The translations under genes and the position numbers were made by a program. A DNA stretch of 64,000 nt, from contig NC_086377.1 of NCBI RefSeq assembly GCF_036588685.1, positions 45,694,001 through 45,758,000 on the forward strand, read 5' to 3'. The DNA is from Mytilus trossulus (Eukaryota). Position 1 is the first letter of the stretch. The number at the start of each line of letters is the position of its first letter. The notes beneath the pieces are model-generated. The model searched no databases, was not told the origin of the DNA, and saw only the letters and a list, made by a program, of their open reading frames with translations. This document shows, piece by piece, positions 25,166 to 39,496 of the stretch.

Positions 25166-25237
25166 TCCGATGTGGTCTAGTGGTTAGGATTTCTGGTTTT
25201 CACCCAGACGGCCCGGGTTCGATTCCCGGCATCGGAG
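25166..25237 (+). tRNA. trnE-TTC: tRNA-Glu(TTC)
   Basis: identical array copy. Confidence 0.97.
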
Positions 25238-25860
25238 CTTTAATTTTTTGTGATTGGAGGAGACAAATGTAAAAAGTCACGAAAAAGATATGCAGGATTC
25301 GACATACTCCTCAGAGCGAATTCATTGCAATTGTTTCTCGCAACGTTCGTATGTTATCTTGCAGTTTGCATCTGTCGCTGATGATTATGTCTTTACATGA
25401 GACTGACTGACTGAATGAGATGGGTTACCATCACACCTGCAAAAGAATGTACTTTAGCAAATAATGACTCTATGTTTAAGAGTCATGTTGATGTTTTATG
25501 CATTTCTTGTCATTTAGTCAGTTGTTATGACATTATCCCCTCGGGATATAAGTTAGATACGATAACGTAATTCCCTGTGTTTGCCACTCTCTACGATTCC
25601 ACTCAATTGCTAAAAATGGTCGCACCGGAGCCTTTCACTCCTGGCACACGTATAAAGCGCGTTCTCAACAATTTATTTGTATCTTATTCAAGATTGACCT
25701 CTACGTAAAGAGAGGAGACGCGTTACATTTGAAATTATGTCATCAAATGAATTTGTTTTTACAGCAATGCCCACTATATATACGTGGATGATATGATTAT
25801 GTGTCGCGAATTCCACTGTCCTCTTATCAATTGAAAACCTTGAATGAGGCAAAAAAGAAA

Positions 25861-25931
25861 TGCATCGGCCGGGAATCGAACCCGGGCCGCCCGCGTGGCA
25901 GGCGAGCATTCTACCACTGAACCACCGATGC
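25861..25931 (-). tRNA. trnG-GCC: tRNA-Gly(GCC)
   Basis: identical array copy. Confidence 0.97.
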
Positions 25932-26590
25932 TTATGACTACCTCATGTTAAACTTGATCATATAAGGACACATGTTACCTGATATGTATGGTATAAATGC
26001 ATGTTAATATGATACTGAAATTGTCGGTAGAAACCCGGCACAAATAAATGTGAAAAGAGGAAATCGGCGATAATGTAGATCCCATTTGTTCAGCTGCAGC
26101 ATAATCTCAGCTCGAGGTTGAAATATAGTGACCAGAAAAACGCTGTATAATTTGAAACTTAGATATATATATAAGCTTAAACCCGCGTAGTTAAAACAAA
26201 AAAATAATCGTGATCTTAAAGGGGGAGGGATAAGTAACCTCAAGTCTTTCAAAGAAGACCTAATCGCAAAACGAAAAGTTCTGTAATTTGACACAATTTC
26301 TGTTGTGGTTTCCATGACAGACAACTTGAACTCGGTAAAGTCGACATATGGTACATGCTAATTTTCATACTCCATATGTAATTATAAGCTAAATGCATAA
26401 CTTTGCCCTTTACCAATTGTACGTTTCTGCATCTAATATTTACCGACTGGTATAGTTTTGTGAGCTTTGAATACTCTCCTTTCATGCTGTCAGCTGAATC
26501 ACAGTTATCATATGTTGACACAATCATAAATGTATTAGGCTCGGTAAGGACTCTTTTATATATAGCTTAAATTAAGCAAGTTATACTAAG

Positions 26591-26662
26591 TCCGATGTGG
26601 TCTAGTGGTTAGGATTTCTGGTTTTCACCCAGACGGCCCGGGTTCGATTCCCGGCATCGGAG
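26591..26662 (+). tRNA. trnE-TTC: tRNA-Glu(TTC)
   Basis: identical array copy. Confidence 0.97.
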
Positions 26663-27285
26663 CTTTAATTTTTTGTGATTGGAGGAGACAAATGTAAAAA
26701 GTCACGAAAAAGATATGCAGGATTCGACATACTCCTCAGAGCGAATTCATTGCAATTGTTTCTCGCAACGTTCGTATGTTATCTTGCAGTTTGCATCTGT
26801 CGCTGATGATTATGTCTTTACATGAGACTGACTGACTGAATGAGATGGGTTACCATCACACCTGCAAAAGAATGTACTTTAGCAAATAATGACTCTATGT
26901 TTAAGAGTCATGTTGATGTTTTATGCATTTCTTGTCATTTAGTCAGTTGTTATGACATTATCCCCTCGGGATATAAGTTAGATACGATAACGTAATTCCC
27001 TGTGTTTGCCACTCTCTACGATTCCACTCAATTGCTAAAAATGGTCGCACCGGAGCCTTTCACTCCTGGCACACGTATAAAGCGCGTTCTCAACAATTTA
27101 TTTGTATCTTATTCAAGATTGACCTCTACGTAAAGAGAGGAGACGCGTTACATTTGAAATTATGTCATCAAATGAATTTGTTTTTACAGCAATGCCCACT
27201 ATATATACGTGGATGATATGATTATGTGTCGCGAATTCCACTGTCCTCTTATCAATTGAAAACCTTGAATGAGGCAAAAAAGAAA

Positions 27286-27356
27286 TGCATCGGCCGGGAA
27301 TCGAACCCGGGCCGCCCGCGTGGCAGGCGAGCATTCTACCACTGAACCACCGATGC
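27286..27356 (-). tRNA. trnG-GCC: tRNA-Gly(GCC)
   Basis: identical array copy. Confidence 0.97.
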
Positions 27357-28015
27357 TTATGACTACCTCATGTTAAACTTGATCATATAAGGACACATGT
27401 TACCTGATATGTATGGTATAAATGCATGTTAATATGATACTGAAATTGTCGGTAGAAACCCGGCACAAATAAATGTGAAAAGAGGAAATCGGCGATAATG
27501 TAGATCCCATTTGTTCAGCTGCAGCATAATCTCAGCTCGAGGTTGAAATATAGTGACCAGAAAAACGCTGTATAATTTGAAACTTAGATATATATATAAG
27601 CTTAAACCCGCGTAGTTAAAACAAAAAAATAATCGTGATCTTAAAGGGGGAGGGATAAGTAACCTCAAGTCTTTCAAAGAAGACCTAATCGCAAAACGAA
27701 AAGTTCTGTAATTTGACACAATTTCTGTTGTGGTTTCCATGACAGACAACTTGAACTCGGTAAAGTCGACATATGGTACATGCTAATTTTCATACTCCAT
27801 ATGTAATTATAAGCTAAATGCATAACTTTGCCCTTTACCAATTGTACGTTTCTGCATCTAATATTTACCGACTGGTATAGTTTTGTGAGCTTTGAATACT
27901 CTCCTTTCATGCTGTCAGCTGAATCACAGTTATCATATGTTGACACAATCATAAATGTATTAGGCTCGGTAAGGACTCTTTTATATATAGCTTAAATTAA
28001 GCAAGTTATACTAAG

Positions 28016-28087
28016 TCCGATGTGGTCTAGTGGTTAGGATTTCTGGTTTTCACCCAGACGGCCCGGGTTCGATTCCCGGCATCGGAG
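28016..28087 (+). tRNA. trnE-TTC: tRNA-Glu(TTC)
   Basis: identical array copy. Confidence 0.97.
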
Positions 28088-28710
28088 CTTTAATTTTTTG
28101 TGATTGGAGGAGACAAATGTAAAAAGTCACGAAAAAGATATGCAGGATTCGACATACTCCTCAGAGCGAATTCATTGCAATTGTTTCTCGCAACGTTCGT
28201 ATGTTATCTTGCAGTTTGCATCTGTCGCTGATGATTATGTCTTTACATGAGACTGACTGACTGAATGAGATGGGTTACCATCACACCTGCAAAAGAATGT
28301 ACTTTAGCAAATAATGACTCTATGTTTAAGAGTCATGTTGATGTTTTATGCATTTCTTGTCATTTAGTCAGTTGTTATGACATTATCCCCTCGGGATATA
28401 AGTTAGATACGATAACGTAATTCCCTGTGTTTGCCACTCTCTACGATTCCACTCAATTGCTAAAAATGGTCGCACCGGAGCCTTTCACTCCTGGCACACG
28501 TATAAAGCGCGTTCTCAACAATTTATTTGTATCTTATTCAAGATTGACCTCTACGTAAAGAGAGGAGACGCGTTACATTTGAAATTATGTCATCAAATGA
28601 ATTTGTTTTTACAGCAATGCCCACTATATATACGTGGATGATATGATTATGTGTCGCGAATTCCACTGTCCTCTTATCAATTGAAAACCTTGAATGAGGC
28701 AAAAAAGAAA

Positions 28711-28781
28711 TGCATCGGCCGGGAATCGAACCCGGGCCGCCCGCGTGGCAGGCGAGCATTCTACCACTGAACCACCAATGC
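28711..28781 (-). tRNA. trnG-GCC: tRNA-Gly(GCC), C5T variant
   Basis: array copy with g>a at 28777 (U5-G68 wobble in acceptor stem). Confidence 0.95.
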
Positions 28782-29440
28782 TTATGACTACCTCATGTTA
28801 AACTTGATCATATAAGGACACATGTTACCTGATATGTATGGTATAAATGCATGTTAATATGATACTGAAATTGTCGGTAGAAACCCGGCACAAATAAATG
28901 TGAAAAGAGGAAATCGGCGATAATGTAGATCCCATTTGTTCAGCTGCAGCATAATCTCAGCTCGAGGTTGAAATATAGTGACCAGAAAAACGCTGTATAA
29001 TTTGAAACTTAGATATATATATAAGCTTAAACCCGCGTAGTTAAAACAAAAAAATAATCGTGATCTTAAAGGGGGAGGGATAAGTAACCTCAAGTCTTTC
29101 AAAGAAGACCTAATCGCAAAACGAAAAGTTCTGTAATTTGACACAATTTCTGTTGTGGTTTCCATGACAGACAACTTGAACTCGGTAAAGTCGACATATG
29201 GTACATGCTAATTTTCATACTCCATATGTAATTATAAGCTAAATGCATAACTTTGCCCTTTACCAATTGTACGTTTCTGCATCTAATATTTACCGACTGG
29301 TATAGTTTTGTGAGCTTTGAATACTCTCCTTTCATGCTGTCAGCTGAATCACAGTTATCATATGTTGACACAATCATAAATGTATTAGGCTCGGTAAGGA
29401 CTCTTTTATATATAGCTTAAATTAAGCAAGTTATACTAAG

Positions 29441-29512
29441 TCCGATGTGGTCTAGTGGTTAGGATTTCTGGTTTTCACCCAGACGGCCCGGGTTCGATTC
29501 CCGGCATCGGAG
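29441..29512 (+). tRNA. trnE-TTC: tRNA-Glu(TTC)
   Basis: identical array copy. Confidence 0.97.
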
Positions 29513-30135
29513 CTTTAATTTTTTGTGATTGGAGGAGACAAATGTAAAAAGTCACGAAAAAGATATGCAGGATTCGACATACTCCTCAGAGCGAATTCAT
29601 TGCAATTGTTTCTCGCAACGTTCGTATGTTATCTTGCAGTTTGCATCTGTCGCTGATGATTATGTCTTTACATGAGACTGACTGACTGAATGAGATGGGT
29701 TACCATCACACCTGCAAAAGAATGTACTTTAGCAAATAATGACTCTATGTTTAAGAGTCATGTTGATGTTTTATGCATTTCTTGTCATTTAGTCAGTTGT
29801 TATGACATTATCCCCTCGGGATATAAGTTAGATACGATAACGTAATTCCCTGTGTTTGCCACTCTCTACGATTCCACTCAATTGCTAAAAATGGTCGCAC
29901 CGGAGCCTTTCACTCCTGGCACACGTATAAAGCGCGTTCTCAACAATTTATTTGTATCTTATTCAAGATTGACCTCTACGTAAAGAGAGGAGACGCGTTA
30001 CATTTGAAATTATGTCATCAAATGAATTTGTTTTTACAGCAATGCCCACTATATATACGTGGATGATATGATTATGTGTCGCGAATTCCACTGTCCTCTT
30101 ATCAATTGAAAACCTTGAATGAGGCAAAAAAGAAA

Positions 30136-30206
30136 TGCATCGGCCGGGAATCGAACCCGGGCCGCCCGCGTGGCAGGCGAGCATTCTACCACTGAACCAC
30201 CGATGC
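30136..30206 (-). tRNA. trnG-GCC: tRNA-Gly(GCC)
   Basis: identical array copy. Confidence 0.97.
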
Positions 30207-30865
30207 TTATGACTACCTCATGTTAAACTTGATCATATAAGGACACATGTTACCTGATATGTATGGTATAAATGCATGTTAATATGATACTGAAATTGTC
30301 GGTAGAAACCCGGCACAAATAAATGTGAAAAGAGGAAATCGGCGATAATGTAGATCCCATTTGTTCAGCTGCAGCATAATCTCAGCTCGAGGTTGAAATA
30401 TAGTGACCAGAAAAACGCTGTATAATTTGAAACTTAGATATATATATAAGCTTAAACCCGCGTAGTTAAAACAAAAAAATAATCGTGATCTTAAAGGGGG
30501 AGGGATAAGTAACCTCAAGTCTTTCAAAGAAGACCTAATCGCAAAACGAAAAGTTCTGTAATTTGACACAATTTCTGTTGTGGTTTCCATGACAGACAAC
30601 TTGAACTCGGTAAAGTCGACATATGGTACATGCTAATTTTCATACTCCATATGTAATTATAAGCTAAATGCATAACTTTGCCCTTTACCAATTGTACGTT
30701 TCTGCATCTAATATTTACCGACTGGTATAGTTTTGTGAGCTTTGAATACTCTCCTTTCATGCTGTCAGCTGAATCACAGTTATCATATGTTGACACAATC
30801 ATAAATGTATTAGGCTCGGTAAGGACTCTTTTATATATAGCTTAAATTAAGCAAGTTATACTAAG

Positions 30866-30937
30866 TCCGATGTGGTCTAGTGGTTAGGATTTCTGGTTTT
30901 CACCCAGACGGCCCGGGTTCGATTCCCGGCATCGGAG
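30866..30937 (+). tRNA. trnE-TTC: tRNA-Glu(TTC)
   Basis: identical array copy. Confidence 0.97.
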
Positions 30938-31560
30938 CTTTAATTTTTTGTGATTGGAGGAGACAAATGTAAAAAGTCACGAAAAAGATATGCAGGATTC
31001 GACATACTCCTCAGAGCGAATTCATTGCAATTGTTTCTCGCAACGTTCGTATGTTATCTTGCAGTTTGCATCTGTCGCTGATGATTATGTCTTTACATGA
31101 GACTGACTGACTGAATGAGATGGGTTACCATCACACCTGCAAAAGAATGTACTTTAGCAAATAATGACTCTATGTTTAAGAGTCATGTTGATGTTTTATG
31201 CATTTCTTGTCATTTAGTCAGTTGTTATGACATTATCCCCTCGGGATATAAGTTAGATACGATAACGTAATTCCCTGTGTTTGCCACTCTCTACGATTCC
31301 ACTCAATTGCTAAAAATGGTCGCACCGGAGCCTTTCACTCCTGGCACACGTATAAAGCGCGTTCTCAACAATTTATTTGTATCTTATTCAAGATTGACCT
31401 CTACGTAAAGAGAGGAGACGCGTTACATTTGAAATTATGTCATCAAATGAATTTGTTTTTACAGCAATGCCCACTATATATACGTGGATGATATGATTAT
31501 GTGTCGCGAATTCCACTGTCCTCTTATCAATTGAAAACCTTGAATGAGGCAAAAAAGAAA

Positions 31561-31631
31561 TGCATCGGCCGGGAATCGAACCCGGGCCGCCCGCGTGGCA
31601 GGCGAGCATTCTACCACTGAACCACCGATGC
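31561..31631 (-). tRNA. trnG-GCC: tRNA-Gly(GCC)
   Basis: identical array copy. Confidence 0.97.
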
Positions 31632-32290
31632 TTATGACTACCTCATGTTAAACTTGATCATATAAGGACACATGTTACCTGATATGTATGGTATAAATGC
31701 ATGTTAATATGATACTGAAATTGTCGGTAGAAACCCGGCACAAATAAATGTGAAAAGAGGAAATCGGCGATAATGTAGATCCCATTTGTTCAGCTGCAGC
31801 ATAATCTCAGCTCGAGGTTGAAATATAGTGACCAGAAAAACGCTGTATAATTTGAAACTTAGATATATATATAAGCTTAAACCCGCGTAGTTAAAACAAA
31901 AAAATAATCGTGATCTTAAAGGGGGAGGGATAAGTAACCTCAAGTCTTTCAAAGAAGACCTAATCGCAAAACGAAAAGTTCTGTAATTTGACACAATTTC
32001 TGTTGTGGTTTCCATGACAGACAACTTGAACTCGGTAAAGTCGACATATGGTACATGCTAATTTTCATACTCCATATGTAATTATAAGCTAAATGCATAA
32101 CTTTGCCCTTTACCAATTGTACGTTTCTGCATCTAATATTTACCGACTGGTATAGTTTTGTGAGCTTTGAATACTCTCCTTTCATGCTGTCAGCTGAATC
32201 ACAGTTATCATATGTTGACACAATCATAAATGTATTAGGCTCGGTAAGGACTCTTTTATATATAGCTTAAATTAAGCAAGTTATACTAAG

Positions 32291-32362
32291 TCCGATGTGG
32301 TCTAGTGGTTAGGATTTCTGGTTTTCACCCAGACGGCCCGGGTTCGATTCCCGGCATCGGAG
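32291..32362 (+). tRNA. trnE-TTC: tRNA-Glu(TTC)
   Basis: identical array copy. Confidence 0.97.
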
Positions 32363-32985
32363 CTTTAATTTTTTGTGATTGGAGGAGACAAATGTAAAAA
32401 GTCACGAAAAAGATATGCAGGATTCGACATACTCCTCAGAGCGAATTCATTGCAATTGTTTCTCGCAACGTTCGTATGTTATCTTGCAGTTTGCATCTGT
32501 CGCTGATGATTATGTCTTTACATGAGACTGACTGACTGAATGAGATGGGTTACCATCACACCTGCAAAAGAATGTACTTTAGCAAATAATGACTCTATGT
32601 TTAAGAGTCATGTTGATGTTTTATGCATTTCTTGTCATTTAGTCAGTTGTTATGACATTATCCCCTCGGGATATAAGTTAGATACGATAACGTAATTCCC
32701 TGTGTTTGCCACTCTCTACGATTCCACTCAATTGCTAAAAATGGTCGCACCGGAGCCTTTCACTCCTGGCACACGTATAAAGCGCGTTCTCAACAATTTA
32801 TTTGTATCTTATTCAAGATTGACCTCTACGTAAAGAGAGGAGACGCGTTACATTTGAAATTATGTCATCAAATGAATTTGTTTTTACAGCAATGCCCACT
32901 ATATATACGTGGATGATATGATTATGTGTCGCGAATTCCACTGTCCTCTTATCAATTGAAAACCTTGAATGAGGCAAAAAAGAAA

Positions 32986-33056
32986 TGCATCGGCCGGGAA
33001 TCGAACCCGGGCCGCCCGCGTGGCAGGCGAGCATTCTACCACTGAACCACCGATGC
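32986..33056 (-). tRNA. trnG-GCC: tRNA-Gly(GCC)
   Basis: identical array copy. Confidence 0.97.
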
Positions 33057-33715
33057 TTATGACTACCTCATGTTAAACTTGATCATATAAGGACACATGT
33101 TACCTGATATGTATGGTATAAATGCATGTTAATATGATACTGAAATTGTCGGTAGAAACCCGGCACAAATAAATGTGAAAAGAGGAAATCGGCGATAATG
33201 TAGATCCCATTTGTTCAGCTGCAGCATAATCTCAGCTCGAGGTTGAAATATAGTGACCAGAAAAACGCTGTATAATTTGAAACTTAGATATATATATAAG
33301 CTTAAACCCGCGTAGTTAAAACAAAAAAATAATCGTGATCTTAAAGGGGGAGGGATAAGTAACCTCAAGTCTTTCAAAGAAGACCTAATCGCAAAACGAA
33401 AAGTTCTGTAATTTGACACAATTTCTGTTGTGGTTTCCATGACAGACAACTTGAACTCGGTAAAGTCGACATATGGTACATGCTAATTTTCATACTCCAT
33501 ATGTAATTATAAGCTAAATGCATAACTTTGCCCTTTACCAATTGTACGTTTCTGCATCTAATATTTACCGACTGGTATAGTTTTGTGAGCTTTGAATACT
33601 CTCCTTTCATGCTGTCAGCTGAATCACAGTTATCATATGTTGACACAATCATAAATGTATTAGGCTCGGTAAGGACTCTTTTATATATAGCTTAAATTAA
33701 GCAAGTTATACTAAG

Positions 33716-33787
33716 TCCGATGTGGTCTAGTGGTTAGGATTTCTGGTTTTCACCCAGACGGCCCGGGTTCGATTCCCGGCATCGGAG
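33716..33787 (+). tRNA. trnE-TTC: tRNA-Glu(TTC)
   Basis: identical array copy. Confidence 0.97.
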
Positions 33788-34410
33788 CTTTAATTTTTTG
33801 TGATTGGAGGAGACAAATGTAAAAAGTCACGAAAAAGATATGCAGGATTCGACATACTCCTCAGAGCGAATTCATTGCAATTGTTTCTCGCAACGTTCGT
33901 ATGTTATCTTGCAGTTTGCATCTGTCGCTGATGATTATGTCTTTACATGAGACTGACTGACTGAATGAGATGGGTTACCATCACACCTGCAAAAGAATGT
34001 ACTTTAGCAAATAATGACTCTATGTTTAAGAGTCATGTTGATGTTTTATGCATTTCTTGTCATTTAGTCAGTTGTTATGACATTATCCCCTCGGGATATA
34101 AGTTAGATACGATAACGTAATTCCCTGTGTTTGCCACTCTCTACGATTCCACTCAATTGCTAAAAATGGTCGCACCGGAGCCTTTCACTCCTGGCACACG
34201 TATAAAGCGCGTTCTCAACAATTTATTTGTATCTTATTCAAGATTGACCTCTACGTAAAGAGAGGAGACGCGTTACATTTGAAATTATGTCATCAAATGA
34301 ATTTGTTTTTACAGCAATGCCCACTATATATACGTGGATGATATGATTATGTGTCGCGAATTCCACTGTCCTCTTATCAATTGAAAACCTTGAATGAGGC
34401 AAAAAAGAAA

Positions 34411-34481
34411 TGCATCGGCCGGGAATCGAACCCGGGCCGCCCGCGTGGCAGGCGAGCATTCTACCACTGAACCACCGATGC
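34411..34481 (-). tRNA. trnG-GCC: tRNA-Gly(GCC)
   Basis: identical array copy. Confidence 0.97.
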
Positions 34482-35140
34482 TTATGACTACCTCATGTTA
34501 AACTTGATCATATAAGGACACATGTTACCTGATATGTATGGTATAAATGCATGTTAATATGATACTGAAATTGTCGGTAGAAACCCGGCACAAATAAATG
34601 TGAAAAGAGGAAATCGGCGATAATGTAGATCCCATTTGTTCAGCTGCAGCATAATCTCAGCTCGAGGTTGAAATATAGTGACCAGAAAAACGCTGTATAA
34701 TTTGAAACTTAGATATATATATAAGCTTAAACCCGCGTAGTTAAAACAAAAAAATAATCGTGATCTTAAAGGGGGAGGGATAAGTAACCTCAAGTCTTTC
34801 AAAGAAGACCTAATCGCAAAACGAAAAGTTCTGTAATTTGACACAATTTCTGTTGTGGTTTCCATGACAGACAACTTGAACTCGGTAAAGTCGACATATG
34901 GTACATGCTAATTTTCATACTCCATATGTAATTATAAGCTAAATGCATAACTTTGCCCTTTACCAATTGTACGTTTCTGCATCTAATATTTACCGACTGG
35001 TATAGTTTTGTGAGCTTTGAATACTCTCCTTTCATGCTGTCAGCTGAATCACAGTTATCATATGTTGACACAATCATAAATGTATTAGGCTCGGTAAGGA
35101 CTCTTTTATATATAGCTTAAATTAAGCAAGTTATACTAAG

Positions 35141-35212
35141 TCCGATGTGGTCTAGTGGTTAGGATTTCTGGTTTTCACCCAGACGGCCCGGGTTCGATTC
35201 CCGGCATCGGAG
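35141..35212 (+). tRNA. trnE-TTC: tRNA-Glu(TTC)
   Basis: identical array copy. Confidence 0.97.
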
Positions 35213-35835
35213 CTTTAATTTTTTGTGATTGGAGGAGACAAATGTAAAAAGTCACGAAAAAGATATGCAGGATTCGACATACTCCTCAGAGCGAATTCAT
35301 TGCAATTGTTTCTCGCAACGTTCGTATGTTATCTTGCAGTTTGCATCTGTCGCTGATGATTATGTCTTTACATGAGACTGACTGACTGAATGAGATGGGT
35401 TACCATCACACCTGCAAAAGAATGTACTTTAGCAAATAATGACTCTATGTTTAAGAGTCATGTTGATGTTTTATGCATTTCTTGTCATTTAGTCAGTTGT
35501 TATGACATTATCCCCTCGGGATATAAGTTAGATACGATAACGTAATTCCCTGTGTTTGCCACTCTCTACGATTCCACTCAATTGCTAAAAATGGTCGCAC
35601 CGGAGCCTTTCACTCCTGGCACACGTATAAAGCGCGTTCTCAACAATTTATTTGTATCTTATTCAAGATTGACCTCTACGTAAAGAGAGGAGACGCGTTA
35701 CATTTGAAATTATGTCATCAAATGAATTTGTTTTTACAGCAATGCCCACTATATATACGTGGATGATATGATTATGTGTCGCGAATTCCACTGTCCTCTT
35801 ATCAATTGAAAACCTTGAATGAGGCAAAAAAGAAA

Positions 35836-35906
35836 TGCATCGGCCGGGAATCGAACCCGGGCCGCCCGCGTGGCAGGCGAGCATTCTACCACTGAACCAC
35901 CGATGC
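35836..35906 (-). tRNA. trnG-GCC: tRNA-Gly(GCC)
   Basis: identical array copy. Confidence 0.97.
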
Positions 35907-36565
35907 TTATGACTACCTCATGTTAAACTTGATCATATAAGGACACATGTTACCTGATATGTATGGTATAAATGCATGTTAATATGATACTGAAATTGTC
36001 GGTAGAAACCCGGCACAAATAAATGTGAAAAGAGGAAATCGGCGATAATGTAGATCCCATTTGTTCAGCTGCAGCATAATCTCAGCTCGAGGTTGAAATA
36101 TAGTGACCAGAAAAACGCTGTATAATTTGAAACTTAGATATATATATAAGCTTAAACCCGCGTAGTTAAAACAAAAAAATAATCGTGATCTTAAAGGGGG
36201 AGGGATAAGTAACCTCAAGTCTTTCAAAGAAGACCTAATCGCAAAACGAAAAGTTCTGTAATTTGACACAATTTCTGTTGTGGTTTCCATGACAGACAAC
36301 TTGAACTCGGTAAAGTCGACATATGGTACATGCTAATTTTCATACTCCATATGTAATTATAAGCTAAATGCATAACTTTGCCCTTTACCAATTGTACGTT
36401 TCTGCATCTAATATTTACCGACTGGTATAGTTTTGTGAGCTTTGAATACTCTCCTTTCATGCTGTCAGCTGAATCACAGTTATCATATGTTGACACAATC
36501 ATAAATGTATTAGGCTCGGTAAGGACTCTTTTATATATAGCTTAAATTAAGCAAGTTATACTAAG

Positions 36566-36637
36566 TCCGATGTGGTCTAGTGGTTAGGATTTCTGGTTTT
36601 CACCCAGACGGCCCGGGTTCGATTCCCGGCATCGGAG
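36566..36637 (+). tRNA. trnE-TTC: tRNA-Glu(TTC)
   Basis: identical array copy. Confidence 0.97.
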
Positions 36638-37260
36638 CTTTAATTTTTTGTGATTGGAGGAGACAAATGTAAAAAGTCACGAAAAAGATATGCAGGATTC
36701 GACATACTCCTCAGAGCGAATTCATTGCAATTGTTTCTCGCAACGTTCGTATGTTATCTTGCAGTTTGCATCTGTCGCTGATGATTATGTCTTTACATGA
36801 GACTGACTGACTGAATGAGATGGGTTACCATCACACCTGCAAAAGAATGTACTTTAGCAAATAATGACTCTATGTTTAAGAGTCATGTTGATGTTTTATG
36901 CATTTCTTGTCATTTAGTCAGTTGTTATGACATTATCCCCTCGGGATATAAGTTAGATACGATAACGTAATTCCCTGTGTTTGCCACTCTCTACGATTCC
37001 ACTCAATTGCTAAAAATGGTCGCACCGGAGCCTTTCACTCCTGGCACACGTATAAAGCGCGTTCTCAACAATTTATTTGTATCTTATTCAAGATTGACCT
37101 CTACGTAAAGAGAGGAGACGCGTTACATTTGAAATTATGTCATCAAATGAATTTGTTTTTACAGCAATGCCCACTATATATACGTGGATGATATGATTAT
37201 GTGTCGCGAATTCCACTGTCCTCTTATCAATTGAAAACCTTGAATGAGGCAAAAAAGAAA

Positions 37261-37331
37261 TGCATCGGCCGGGAATCGAACCCGGGCCGCCCGCGTGGCA
37301 GGCGAGCATTCTACCACTGAACCACCGATGC
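37261..37331 (-). tRNA. trnG-GCC: tRNA-Gly(GCC)
   Basis: identical array copy. Confidence 0.97.
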
Positions 37332-37990
37332 TTATGACTACCTCATGTTAAACTTGATCATATAAGGACACATGTTACCTGATATGTATGGTATAAATGC
37401 ATGTTAATATGATACTGAAATTGTCGGTAGAAACCCGGCACAAATAAATGTGAAAAGAGGAAATCGGCGATAATGTAGATCCCATTTGTTCAGCTGCAGC
37501 ATAATCTCAGCTCGAGGTTGAAATATAGTGACCAGAAAAACGCTGTATAATTTGAAACTTAGATATATATATAAGCTTAAACCCGCGTAGTTAAAACAAA
37601 AAAATAATCGTGATCTTAAAGGGGGAGGGATAAGTAACCTCAAGTCTTTCAAAGAAGACCTAATCGCAAAACGAAAAGTTCTGTAATTTGACACAATTTC
37701 TGTTGTGGTTTCCATGACAGACAACTTGAACTCGGTAAAGTCGACATATGGTACATGCTAATTTTCATACTCCATATGTAATTATAAGCTAAATGCATAA
37801 CTTTGCCCTTTACCAATTGTACGTTTCTGCATCTAATATTTACCGACTGGTATAGTTTTGTGAGCTTTGAATACTCTCCTTTCATGCTGTCAGCTGAATC
37901 ACAGTTATCATATGTTGACACAATCATAAATGTATTAGGCTCGGTAAGGACTCTTTTATATATAGCTTAAATTAAGCAAGTTATACTAAG

Positions 37991-38062
37991 TCCGATGTGG
38001 TCTAGTGGTTAGGATTTCTGGTTTTCACCCAGACGGCCCGGGTTCGATTCCCGGCATCGGAG
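37991..38062 (+). tRNA. trnE-TTC: tRNA-Glu(TTC)
   Basis: identical array copy. Confidence 0.97.
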
Positions 38063-38690
38063 CTTTAATTTTTTGTGATTGGAGGAGACAAATGTAAAAA
38101 GTCACGAAAAAGATATGCAGGATTCGACATACTCCTCAGAGCGAATTCATTGCAATTGTTTCTCGCAACGTTCGTATGTTATCTTGCAGTTTGCATCTGT
38201 CGCTGATGATTATGTCTTTACATGAGACTGACTGACTGAATGAGATGGGGTTACCATCACACCTGCAAAAGAATGTACTTTAGCAAATAATGACTCTATG
38301 TTTAAGAGTCATGTTGATGTTTTATGCATTTCTTGTCATTAAGTCAGTTGTTATGACATTATCCCCTCGGGATATAAGTTAGATACGATAACGTAATTCC
38401 CTGTGTTTGCCACTCTCTACGATTCCACTCAATTGCTAAAAATGGTCGCACCGGAGCCTTTCACTCCTGGCACACGTATAAAGCGCGTTCTCAACAATTT
38501 ATTTGTATCTTATTCAAGATTGACCTCTACGTAAAGAGAGGAGACGGCGTTTACATTTGAAATTATGTCATCAAATGAATTTGTTTTTACAGCAATGCCC
38601 ACTATATAATACGTGATGATATGATTATGTGTCGCGAATTCCCACTGTCCTCTTATCAATTGAAAAACCTTGAATGAGGCAAAAAAGAAA

Positions 38691-38761
38691 TGCATCGGCC
38701 GGGAATCGAACCCGGGCCGCCCGCGTGGCAGGCGAGCATTCTACCACTGAACCACCGATGC
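38691..38761 (-). tRNA. trnG-GCC: tRNA-Gly(GCC)
   Basis: identical gene in an indel-rich unit. Confidence 0.95.
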
Positions 38762-39423
38762 TTATGACTACCTCTCATGTTAAACTTGATCATATAAGGA
38801 CACAATGTTACCTGATATGTATGGTATAAATGCATGTTAATATGATACTGAAATTGTCGTTAGAAACCCGGCACAAATAAATGTGAAAAGAGGAAATCGG
38901 CGATAATGTAGATCCCATTTGTTCAGCTGCAGCATAATCTCAGCTCGAGGTTGAAATATAGTGACCAGAAAAACGCTGTATAATTTGAAACTTAGATATA
39001 ATATATAAGCTTAAACCCGCGTAGTTAAAACAAAAAAATAATCGTGATCTTAAAGGGGGAGGGATAAGTAACCTCAAGTCTTTCAAAGAAGACCTAATCG
39101 CAAAACGAAAAGTTCTGTAATTTTGACACAATTTTCTGTTGTGGTTTCCATGACAGACAACTTGAACTCGGTAAAGTCGACATATGGTACATGCTAATTT
39201 TCATACTCATATGTAATTATAAGCTAAATGCATAACTTTGCCCTTTACCAATTGTACGTTTCTGCACATCTAATATTTACCGACTGGTATAGTTTTGTGA
39301 GCTTTGAATACTCTCCTTTCATGCTGTCAGCTGAATCACAGTTATCTGACTACCAATCATAAATGTATTAGGCTCGGTAAGGACTCTTTTATATATAGCT
39401 TAAATTAAGCAAGTTATACTAAG

Positions 39424-39496
39424 TCCGATGTGGTCTAGTGGTTAGGATTTCTGGTTTTCCACCCAGACGGCCCGGGTTCGATTCCCGGCATCGGAG
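39424..39496 (+). tRNA. trnE-TTC: tRNA-Glu(TTC) with an extra C in the anticodon loop (probable sequencing error)
   Basis: ggttttccaccc versus consensus ggttttcaccc; lies in the error-rich contig end. Confidence 0.75.

Noticed and set aside
39424-39496. tRNA-Glu with an 8-nt anticodon loop as a +1 frameshift suppressor
   Set aside because: It lies in 38.2-40.9 kb, where many 1-2 bp homopolymer indels cluster next to the gap; this pattern is typical of low-coverage long-read error.
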